Source of the DNA: a virus | IMG/VR virus record: IMGVR_UViG_3300002835_000026 | Strand: one strand, 5' to 3' | DNA length: 64,000 nt | Shown here: one piece after another, positions 50,683 to 59,283 of the stretch | Layout of the letters: each line of letters starts with the position of its first letter | Position numbering within the stretch: the stretch's first letter is position 1 | The notes under the pieces: generated by a model | Told to the model about the DNA's origin: nothing | Seen by the model: only the letters and a program-made list of their open reading frames with translations | Database searches by the model: none | Translations under genes and position numbers: made by a program

Positions 50683-52805
50683 TATCTTAAAATTCTTTTT
50701 AACATTGGAAACATATTTTCATTAATTTGATTTAATTTACCTTTAGCTTTTTTAGCTTCAGCCATATCAGGATAACTATCATCATAAACATCCATGCTGT
50801 CATCATAATTATCATCATTATCATCACCTGGATTATCTCCAGCATCATATTGATTTAAGAAGTCTTCCAATTTCATTCCTGGATTTTTCTGTATTGCTGT
50901 AAACATATCATTTATTATGTCTTCATTGTCCATATTTGATAAAATATCATATATAGCATCAGCACTATCATCATTTATAGCTTCATTAATTGGAGCTGTA
51001 TCTAAGATATGAGCTTTAGTAAAATAAGTAATTGTATTAGCAATTTGAGTAATTAATTTTTCATCACCTAATGCTTTTGCTTCAGCATATGCTGCTTGTA
51101 AGTTAGATTGAATACCTGATACTTCAGTTGTTTTACCAGCCATCATATCTGATTCAGGAGCATCAACTACTTCAGTATCGTCTACTGTTATGTCTTCAAC
51201 TTCTTTATCTTTTTTAGCTTCACTAAGACTGTCATTAGCTAACTTACCCATGTCCACTAAATTTTCTAATTCTTCACGTTCATCATTATTAAGATCTGTG
51301 CCATCTTTAAATTTAGCAACAGAAATATAAACGTCAGAATAATCATTATAAGATCCACCTTCTACTTCAATTGAATTAACATCAACTTCTTTTCCGTTTA
51401 ACATTACTTTGTTTGATTCTGCTTCTTTTAAGGTAGTACCATCAGAAATTCCTTTAATACTTGAATGTAACATTGCTAAGAAATATTTCATTTCTATTAT
51501 TCTATCTTCCATCTCTCTATCTGTGAATTGACCAAACATGACAAGATTTTTAACTATATCTAAATTCCTAAAAGCAGTTTCTATAGCAGTAACAGTTTTT
51601 CTTTCAACATCTTTAGGCTTAGTAAAGTCCCAATTATCTCCAATAGTAGATATAGCTTCATCTAAAGGATTTTGCAACATATCTTCTAATTTTTCTGCTT
51701 CTTCTTCTGATAAACCAGGATAAGAGTTCATTAATTCTTCAGCATCATATTCACGCATCTCATCTATAAAAAGATCACCTTTATTTTTAAAATATTTAAA
51801 TAAAAACTCAGCATCATAGTTGTTGTCTTCTAATTCTACTTCTTCTGCTTCAGCTAATGGATCATACATGTTATTTAAAGCACCTGGTTCATCAATATCT
51901 TCTGTAGAATCTTCATTTAATTCAGCTAAAATCATTTCTTTGATTTTTGATTTTAGTTTAGATTTAGTCATCTTTTCTTTTTCGATTTCTTCACCTTTTT
52001 TAACTCCAGCACCATATATATTTTCTTCACCTTTTTTACCTAAACGTTTAGCTGATTTAGCTCTATCATAATCAGTATCACCTTCGCTCATTTGTGTATT
52101 ATTTAATTTAGATAAATCGTTTGGATCAATAACAACTATTAAATTATCAATTTCTTGACCATATCCTATTGGACTATCACCTACTTCATTTTTTACTCCA
52201 ATAGAAGTTAAATAATTACTCATTTCATCTGCTAATTTATCTACTGTATTATTTAAAAATGATTTTTCTTTATCTTTTAAATAATCTCTATCACCAAAAT
52301 CCATAGAATTTTCTATTTCTTTAAAATTATCACTGTTAGTAACAACTAAATAAAGTTCATTATCTACTTTATAGTATTCAACATTTTTAAATTTACCAAA
52401 ACTTACTTTTGAATCTTTGTAAGCACCTTCACCTTCATTCATATCATCTAAGAAAAAGTCTTGACCTGGGAATAAAGTAGCTAAATCAGTTAATTTTAAA
52501 TTAACTTGATAAATAGATGGAGCCATTTCTTGGTATACTTCTGAATTATATTTGTCTGCTATAGTTTGGATCATAATGTCATCATTTGATGCAATCATGA
52601 CTTTGTTTTTTGCTGGGTATACCCAGATGTCTAGTGTTTCATCAGCATTTTTATTTGGAGGTACCATGTGGTAGATATTATCATCTCCCATGATTCTTTT
52701 CCATGATGAAAAATTTAACATGTTAGTATTAGATCCTTGATTTTCTTTAATAATACCCGCAAGTTTTTGCATGCGAGCTAATTGTTCATTTAATGTTGGT
52801 TTCAT
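50682..52805 (-). CDS. Acidic mosaic protein (707 aa) with N-terminal RMQKLAGI motif
   Basis: MKPTLNEQLARMQKLAGIIKEN; many [LIM]-x-E sites. Confidence 0.8.
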   Translation of the reverse strand: MKPTLNEQLARMQKLAGIIKENQGSNTNMLNFSSWKRIMGDDNIYHMVPPNKNADETLDIWVYPAKNKVMIASNDDIMIQTIADKYNSEVYQEMAPSIYQVNLKLTDLATLFPGQDFFLDDMNEGEGAYKDSKVSFGKFKNVEYYKVDNELYLVVTNSDNFKEIENSMDFGDRDYLKDKEKSFLNNTVDKLADEMSNYLTSIGVKNEVGDSPIGYGQEIDNLIVVIDPNDLSKLNNTQMSEGDTDYDRAKSAKRLGKKGEENIYGAGVKKGEEIEKEKMTKSKLKSKIKEMILAELNEDSTEDIDEPGALNNMYDPLAEAEEVELEDNNYDAEFLFKYFKNKGDLFIDEMREYDAEELMNSYPGLSEEEAEKLEDMLQNPLDEAISTIGDNWDFTKPKDVERKTVTAIETAFRNLDIVKNLVMFGQFTDREMEDRIIEMKYFLAMLHSSIKGISDGTTLKEAESNKVMLNGKEVDVNSIEVEGGSYNDYSDVYISVAKFKDGTDLNNDEREELENLVDMGKLANDSLSEAKKDKEVEDITVDDTEVVDAPESDMMAGKTTEVSGIQSNLQAAYAEAKALGDEKLITQIANTITYFTKAHILDTAPINEAINDDSADAIYDILSNMDNEDIINDMFTAIQKNPGMKLEDFLNQYDAGDNPGDDNDDNYDDSMDVYDDSYPDMAEAKKAKGKLNQINENMFPMLKRILR

Positions 52806-52824
52806 GTTTTATATAGTTATATAT

Positions 52825-52833
52825 TATAAATAT
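52825..52833 (-). promoter_or_regulatory. Putative late promoter motif ATATTTATA
   Basis: Upstream of the ATG at 52805. Confidence 0.55.
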
Positions 52834-52836
52834 GTG

Positions 52837-53109
52837 TTATTTGTTAAACTTAACTTTTGCTTTTTCTGTATTGGATACAAATTGTTTACCTTTTTTACTA
52901 CCCTCAACTTTTTTGCGTGTTGTTGCGGCACGTTCTGCTTTAGTTAAGCGTTTTGCTTTAGCTAATGGTAAGCAACGTTGTGTTGCTTTACCTTTAGGCA
53001 TTGTACCACAGTCACCTGCGATGTTACCTTGAGTATCTATACGGACCCATTTTTCTTTTTTAAACCAGTCACGTAGTGATTCTTGTACTAGACGTTTTAA
53101 ATTGTCCAT
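52837..53109 (-). CDS. Small basic protein (DUF5872-like)
   Basis: SLRDWFKKEKWV...CG......RCLP.AKA..L...ER..T.RKK....GKQFV.N. Confidence 0.65.
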   Translation of the reverse strand: MDNLKRLVQESLRDWFKKEKWVRIDTQGNIAGDCGTMPKGKATQRCLPLAKAKRLTKAERAATTRKKVEGSKKGKQFVSNTEKAKVKFNK

Positions 53110-53459
53110 TATTTTTTCTTGCCTGACATTAATCCTTTACATACCTTAACAGCTCGACCTGATAAATAAGCTGAAGATTTTTCGCCAGATGCAAGTCTAC
53201 GTTGACGATATGCTTCGCCTTTAGGGCAAAGTTTTTCAGTTAATAATTCATTTAATATATTATCAATGCGTTCTTTTAATCTAGGTGTATTAAATATTTT
53301 ATTAATAATAACAAAATCAGTTATTGGATCTAATTCATCCACTGTTTTACCATTAGCATAAAGTTTTAAAAAATATTTTACTGTAGGTGTATTGTAAGTA
53401 TCAATTTTGTCTTTGATAATTTCTAATTTTTCCTTAGCTACTTGTTGAATTGCATCCAT
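53109..53459 (-). CDS. Hypothetical protein with basic C-terminal peptide
   Basis: LLTE|KLCPKG...SSAYLSGRAVKVCKG. Confidence 0.7.
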   Translation of the reverse strand: MDAIQQVAKEKLEIIKDKIDTYNTPTVKYFLKLYANGKTVDELDPITDFVIINKIFNTPRLKERIDNILNELLTEKLCPKGEAYRQRRLASGEKSSAYLSGRAVKVCKGLMSGKKK

Positions 53460-53460
53460 A

Positions 53461-53664
53461 TTATTTACTTAATAGATCATTAATTTTGTAGTGAAATTGT
53501 GACATACTAGTGTCTAGTAAATCAGGATTATCCTTTAATATTTTATATAGTTTTTCACTAACATCAAATTTAATTACAGGATTTAATATATCTTCTTCCA
53601 TCATCTCATTATTTTCAACTAAACGACGATTGTTAAAATATTTATATGTGTTAAATGTACCCAT
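53461..53664 (-). CDS. Small hypothetical protein (67 aa)
   Basis: Fills the operon gap with a TAATG overlap. Confidence 0.6.
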   Translation of the reverse strand: MGTFNTYKYFNNRRLVENNEMMEEDILNPVIKFDVSEKLYKILKDNPDLLDTSMSQFHYKINDLLSK

Positions 53665-54269
53665 TATTTTTTAGTTTTTAAGTAATTACTTAGTAGTGTA
53701 CCTATAGCACCTATCTTCTGTCTTATAAATATCCATTCTTCTAGCGTTAATGTATGATTTTCATTAACATAATCAATAACTAACACACCTATAAACTGAT
53801 CATGCAAATCATGTATAGCAAGAGCATAAAATGATTTAGTTCCACATGTTTTGTCTACAGGGAATAAATTTTGAGCTTTATCAGCATCATAATGAGGTAA
53901 TGTAATTTCACCTTCTCTATATAATGTAGAAAATGCTTTACTAAATAATGATGTAGGAATATTTTGGTATACTTCTTTAACAGATGCTACATCAATGCTT
54001 ACTTTTTCATATAATATTGAAAATTTTTGTAATGATTTACCTGTAGGATATAAATGCCCACCATTATGGAATTGTGATATCCATACACGGTCACAATTTA
54101 ATTGGTCAAATAAATTATCAACTTGATGGTCGATTAATGCATTATGTTCAATAGCTTCAGCTAATGGATCTTGCTTTTTTCTTTCTAATTTAGTTTTAAC
54201 CCAAGTCATTGCTATTGGTCCTATTACTGCTGTTATAAATGCAACTATCACTGCCGTTATTATATCCAT
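53664..54269 (-). CDS. N-terminal TM plus GAF-like domain protein (holin T-like architecture)
   Basis: IITAVIVAFITAVIGP TM; CDRVWISQFHNG...FSILYE...KSFYALAI..L..QFIGVLVIDY. Confidence 0.6.
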   Translation of the reverse strand: MDIITAVIVAFITAVIGPIAMTWVKTKLERKKQDPLAEAIEHNALIDHQVDNLFDQLNCDRVWISQFHNGGHLYPTGKSLQKFSILYEKVSIDVASVKEVYQNIPTSLFSKAFSTLYREGEITLPHYDADKAQNLFPVDKTCGTKSFYALAIHDLHDQFIGVLVIDYVNENHTLTLEEWIFIRQKIGAIGTLLSNYLKTKK

Positions 54270-54838
54270 TACTTTTTTAAACTTTGTAGGTATTCTATTG
54301 TTTGTTCTTTATTCTTTAATAATTGTGCTTTGTCTGAACCGTTCCATGATTCTACATCTCCTGCCTCTGTAATATAAGATTCCATTTTGGTATCTATTTT
54401 TTCATCAATCCAAATATTAAAATCTTTAATTATACTATCAATATCAGAATTTAATATATTTTTTTCATATTCAACCCATAATCCTTTTGCTTTTATTGTA
54501 CCTTCAAATTCTATTTGGCAATTAAAACATCTGTTATATTGAATATAAAACTGTTTATCATAACGGTGTTTCATTACTTTAGAGCATTCAGGGCAAAACA
54601 AGGGTAAATGGATTTGAGCTTTTGCTTTATCCAATTTTGTAACATTTTGTTTTATACCATTTTTAATAGTCCATTTACGACTATCTTCTTCCCATACATC
54701 TCCTTCATTATGAAACTCTTGTTGTTTGGTAAAACCAATACTAGTACTAGTTTTTTCACCATATTTACCTTGAACTAAATTACGAAGACGTTGTACATCT
54801 TTTTCTTTAAATTCTTTTTTTAAAACTGATTCTGACAT
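54269..54838 (-). CDS. Zinc-ribbon hypothetical protein
   Basis: CPEC...CFNC. Confidence 0.75.
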   Translation of the reverse strand: MSESVLKKEFKEKDVQRLRNLVQGKYGEKTSTSIGFTKQQEFHNEGDVWEEDSRKWTIKNGIKQNVTKLDKAKAQIHLPLFCPECSKVMKHRYDKQFYIQYNRCFNCQIEFEGTIKAKGLWVEYEKNILNSDIDSIIKDFNIWIDEKIDTKMESYITEAGDVESWNGSDKAQLLKNKEQTIEYLQSLKK

Positions 54839-54841
54839 TTA

Positions 54842-55483
54842 TTACTTTATTAGATTTTTTATTTGTTCTCTAATGACTTCTTGTAATTCTTTTTTAGTCA
54901 TTTTAACTTTCATATACTCAGCTTTAGGATCTTTAGGTAATTCTTTAATTTTACCTGCTTTAAACTGTTGCATAAAATATAATTTTGCTTCTTGATCTAA
55001 TTTATCTGCTGATTCATCAACTGCTTCTTTATCTACTATTGAATAATTAATTTTAGCATTTTTCATTACTACATCAATAATTTTTTTAGTTAAGTCTTTA
55101 GCTGGATTTCCTGATTTAGGGAAAACAATAGTATCATCTTTAACTTTATATTTTAATAATGTAGGTTTAGAAGTATGTGATTTAACAAAATCATCAATTG
55201 ATGTTTTAGTTTTAACAGGAAAAGGAAAACCTTGATCTCTTTCCATTTTCTTGCGTTTAGCAGGAATAACAGGACCAAAGTGATCTTCTATAGCTTTTTG
55301 TATAGATGATTTATTACGCATGTTAGAAACATACATTCCATAGTTATCTAATGTTTCTAAAGCCTTAACTGTATCTTCTACAGAAACACTATTAGGAGTA
55401 ACTACAATATCGTAATTTACTTGTTCACGATTTGAAGGTGTAGTTTCTGCTTCTTCTTCTCTTAATTTATATTTGTAAGCCAT
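54842..55483 (-). CDS. Hypothetical protein (213 aa)
   Basis: MAYKYKLREE leader; C-terminal MTKKELQEVIREQIKNLIK. Confidence 0.7.
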   Translation of the reverse strand: MAYKYKLREEEAETTPSNREQVNYDIVVTPNSVSVEDTVKALETLDNYGMYVSNMRNKSSIQKAIEDHFGPVIPAKRKKMERDQGFPFPVKTKTSIDDFVKSHTSKPTLLKYKVKDDTIVFPKSGNPAKDLTKKIIDVVMKNAKINYSIVDKEAVDESADKLDQEAKLYFMQQFKAGKIKELPKDPKAEYMKVKMTKKELQEVIREQIKNLIK

Positions 55484-55484
55484 A

Positions 55485-55880
55485 TTATTGCTTTAATTTT
55501 TGAATTAATTCTTTAGCTTTAGCTTTTTTCTCATCAATATCTTTTTTAGATGTTCTAAATTCATCCATTGATGATTTTAACTCATCAATTTGCATATCAC
55601 GTTCTTTTAAAACCATAGTAGCTGTTCTGCCAGCATCTGATTTGTTTTTATACATACCCATGATATTTTCATATGTTAAGCCATTTTTAATTTTTTCAGC
55701 TAATGAAAAAAGATCAGCTTCAAACATTATTTCTTCTTTTGTAGATTTAGTACCTGGTTTAGATACAACAAAGAATTTACCTACTTCATCAACTACATCA
55801 TAGTTTTTAGTGATAATTTCTTTTGTTTCCATTGTTTCTTCTTCTAAATTTTCTCTTAAAAGGTCAATTAATTTTTTCAT
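55485..55880 (-). CDS. Hypothetical protein (131 aa)
   Basis: Leader MKKLIDLLRENLEE. Confidence 0.7.
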   Translation of the reverse strand: MKKLIDLLRENLEEETMETKEIITKNYDVVDEVGKFFVVSKPGTKSTKEEIMFEADLFSLAEKIKNGLTYENIMGMYKNKSDAGRTATMVLKERDMQIDELKSSMDEFRTSKKDIDEKKAKAKELIQKLKQ

Positions 55881-55899
55881 ATTATCTTTTTATTTTGTT

Positions 55900-58800
55900 T
55901 TATTTATTTTTAATACTGTCTTCCCAATTTCTAAACATCATATTACCTTTTTTGTAAGCTTCTCTTTCAATTTCAGGTAAATCTCCGTCTTCATTTGTAT
56001 TTGTTGTACCTATATTATTTAATCTATTATCTAAATTTTGTTCATGATGTATCATTTCATGTGAAAATGAACGTAAAACATCTTTAGGATGTCTATTCAT
56101 AGTAAATAAAGTAATTGATTTTTCTTCTGGGCTGTAAAATGCTGTTTTGCCAAATACATTTTCAGCATTTGCTTTATCATTGTTAATAAATTTAACAACA
56201 GGTAATGGCTTAATATTCATTCCTTGATTAACCATATATTTAGTTAATTCAGGAATATATTTTTTATAGTCATTATTTTCTTTACCTTCTTTTAATTTTC
56301 CTTGTCCACCTGCTTTTAATAACGGACTATCTTTAGGTAATTTTGTATTAATATAATCAATAGTATTTTGAATTGTTTTATATAAATCTTTTTGAAATTC
56401 TTTATATCCTTCTGGATTATATTTTCTTATTTGTTCTATATTTGAGTGAAAATTAGTTAATGTACTTCTTGAATCCCACCCTGGATTTGTATTTATTCCT
56501 AAAAACCATCCTCCCCAATCTGCTATTTTTCTTATAAATTTTTGAATATCATTACCTTTTTCTCCTTTAGATAACCAATCCATTGTACTTTTATTAAACA
56601 TTTTATTTTTACCAGAATAAAAATCTAAAATATCTTGATAATAAGAGTTTAACTCAAGTACAGCTTGTTTTAAATTATCTTTATTATTATTTATATATTC
56701 ATAACTATTAAATTTTATAGCTTCTAAAAATTCACCTGTTTGTGATGGAAATTCTTCCCAAGTACCATAATATAATTCTGGTTTTGAAGGGTCATATTTA
56801 GTTTTTAATGGCTTGTGATTTACAGCTGGATCTTTTGCATGAATTAATTCATGACGTAAAGAAGATAAAAGAGCTTCTTTAGGATTATCTCCAGTTAATG
56901 TTTTCCAAATAGATTCTAATGTTCCTTCAAAAGCAGGAAACCAATAATTTCCATTAATTCCTATAAAATTATCTTTAAAATTAGTATTATCTTGTGTTAA
57001 AAACTTAGCTGCTGATCGGGTGTCACCATCATCATAAATGTATGGTACAAATTCTGCTTCTTCTCCTGAAGCCATTTTGTATTTGATAGGATTAGTTAAT
57101 CCTACTTTAAAGTCTTTTTCTTTTAAAGCTTGTATAAAAATAGGAATTAAATTTCTTAATTTTGTTTCTTCTTCATCACTTAATGATATAATACCTTCTT
57201 TTAAATCTTCTACTTTATTAACAGCTAAGATATAATTTTTTATGTTATCAATTCCACCTTCAGGACCTTTAAAAGATATTCTTTCTTCTTGTTCATCATA
57301 ATCACCAGTATTATTAAAGAAATCTCTCACTACACTTTCAGGTTCATCTTCTAACCAATTATATTCCCAATTGTCTTCATAGTTCCATCCCGGTCTGTAG
57401 GCAAAAGGTGTTATTTTATATTTGTCAGATAATTTGTCTCCATCTAATGTAATTCTATAATCTGTTTTTACTCCAAAATTAGATCCTTTTTTATAGAAAT
57501 TTTTATTACGAGTAAATGAAATATAATATAATTCATTACCTAAATAATTTTCTTCAGAGGTATTTATTTTATTAGACTGAAGGATGCCTTTTAATCCATC
57601 GGCTGATGTGTAGTGATATAAAGGACCAACTTGCTTACCTTCTTCTAATCCACCAGGTGTATCTAATTTTTTACCTGTTTTAACATCTGTATCATAATCA
57701 CAAGTTCCTTCATTTAAATCAGGATTATTATCATGTCCACATATACTACCATCTGGTAATTTGTTATGGCAAATATATAAATCCTTACCACCATCAGCTA
57801 ATTTCCAGGTCCAGCCACAGTTATCACAAATAACTTCTGTAGCTGTTACTAGTTCTTGAATGACAGTAGATAAAGTATTAAATATTTCTGTTTTTTCTTT
57901 TACTTTTTCAGGAATAAAAGATAAAAATGCTTCTTGTCCTTTTTTTAATGCTTGACGAGCATCAGTTCCACTTGTATCTGATTGAGTAATTATAGGAGCT
58001 AATTCAACATTTTCATATTTACCTATACCTTTAGTTTTTGATGCTAAGTCTACAAAATCATCATCTTTACCATCTCTAGCTCCAATAACCCATATTACAT
58101 CTTCATCTTGATGATTTTCAATATACTCATATATAGCTGTAATTGGTGATTTAGCTGGTTCTACTTTTACTTTTAAAGGTAAGTATTTTTTATATATATC
58201 CCAAGTTAAAAGTGATTCAGCTTGAGTAATTCCATCTCTTGTTCCAGAACCAACATAAATAATAAATTCATCTATTTGAGGAAATTGCTCTAATGCTTTT
58301 TCAACAACTTCAAAATGACCTTTGTGAGGTGGTTTAAAACCACCACCATAAAGTGCTACTGTTTTCTTTGAATCTGCTTCAATTAAAGGTAAGATTAATT
58401 CTCTAACTAATCCTTTAAATAATTTATTTTCTAATAAACTACTAACTGCGTCTAATGCTGCTTGTTTATTATCACCTTTAGGTGTATCAACTTCTCCACT
58501 TTTAATAGACACCATTGATTTAAATATACCTTTTATTCTATTTTTAGAACGTTCGTTTTTTAATTTAGATTTTAAATCTTGTAATAATGTTTTAAAATCA
58601 CCATCTATATTGTAGTTGTCAAATAATTTTTTAACAATACTCCAATTTGAAGATTTCCAAACCTCAGTTCTATTAAGTTCTTTAAAATTATCTAATGTTA
58701 CTATACGTAATGTTAATCCAGCACTTGATAAATTAAATTCATATTCTTGATTCGCTTCAAGTTCAGGTACATTAGTAATACCTAATCTAGTGAATATTTT

Positions 58801-59283
58801 TTTAGGATCTTCTTCTAAACAAATTACTTTAGCTAAACCTAAAAGTAAACCTTGTACTTCAGCTGGATAATCTAAGAATGTATTTTTAAATGTTGATTCT
58901 TCTTCACTAGTAGAAATAATATTATCTATTTGAACAAATTCATCAGACATACCAACTATAGGGTATAATACAGTTACTAATTCACCACTACTAAGTGATT
59001 TTTTTCCTTTATATTTATTACTTTTAAAAGGTACAATAACTGAATCAGGGAGAGAAGCAAAATATTTAGCTAAATCTTGTTTAGCTAATTTTTTATCATT
59101 ACTATCTAAATGAACAATTAAATCAATGTCACCAAAGTCTTGTTTAGTTCCTGTATTATAAGAACCAGTTGCTTTAGCGTCCTTAAATCCAGGGAATTTA
59201 GATAATACTTTATTTATATAATCTTGAACAGTTTTTTCTACTGCTGCCCTAGATATTCTATTTCCACCTGCTGAACCTGACAT
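55900..59283 (-). CDS. Multidomain protein: Pol-beta nucleotidyltransferase + HIGH cytidylyltransferase-like + Cys/His knuckle + ART-like + two HExxH domains
   Basis: TGSY...DFGDIDL; LYGGGFKPPHKGH...SGTDAR; CDNC..C.H..C; LYHYTS...ISFTR...EQEER; LRHELIH; SHEMIHHEQ...EREAY. Confidence 0.8.
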   Translation of the reverse strand: MSGSAGGNRISRAAVEKTVQDYINKVLSKFPGFKDAKATGSYNTGTKQDFGDIDLIVHLDSNDKKLAKQDLAKYFASLPDSVIVPFKSNKYKGKKSLSSGELVTVLYPIVGMSDEFVQIDNIISTSEEESTFKNTFLDYPAEVQGLLLGLAKVICLEEDPKKIFTRLGITNVPELEANQEYEFNLSSAGLTLRIVTLDNFKELNRTEVWKSSNWSIVKKLFDNYNIDGDFKTLLQDLKSKLKNERSKNRIKGIFKSMVSIKSGEVDTPKGDNKQAALDAVSSLLENKLFKGLVRELILPLIEADSKKTVALYGGGFKPPHKGHFEVVEKALEQFPQIDEFIIYVGSGTRDGITQAESLLTWDIYKKYLPLKVKVEPAKSPITAIYEYIENHQDEDVIWVIGARDGKDDDFVDLASKTKGIGKYENVELAPIITQSDTSGTDARQALKKGQEAFLSFIPEKVKEKTEIFNTLSTVIQELVTATEVICDNCGWTWKLADGGKDLYICHNKLPDGSICGHDNNPDLNEGTCDYDTDVKTGKKLDTPGGLEEGKQVGPLYHYTSADGLKGILQSNKINTSEENYLGNELYYISFTRNKNFYKKGSNFGVKTDYRITLDGDKLSDKYKITPFAYRPGWNYEDNWEYNWLEDEPESVVRDFFNNTGDYDEQEERISFKGPEGGIDNIKNYILAVNKVEDLKEGIISLSDEEETKLRNLIPIFIQALKEKDFKVGLTNPIKYKMASGEEAEFVPYIYDDGDTRSAAKFLTQDNTNFKDNFIGINGNYWFPAFEGTLESIWKTLTGDNPKEALLSSLRHELIHAKDPAVNHKPLKTKYDPSKPELYYGTWEEFPSQTGEFLEAIKFNSYEYINNNKDNLKQAVLELNSYYQDILDFYSGKNKMFNKSTMDWLSKGEKGNDIQKFIRKIADWGGWFLGINTNPGWDSRSTLTNFHSNIEQIRKYNPEGYKEFQKDLYKTIQNTIDYINTKLPKDSPLLKAGGQGKLKEGKENNDYKKYIPELTKYMVNQGMNIKPLPVVKFINNDKANAENVFGKTAFYSPEEKSITLFTMNRHPKDVLRSFSHEMIHHEQNLDNRLNNIGTTNTNEDGDLPEIEREAYKKGNMMFRNWEDSIKNK

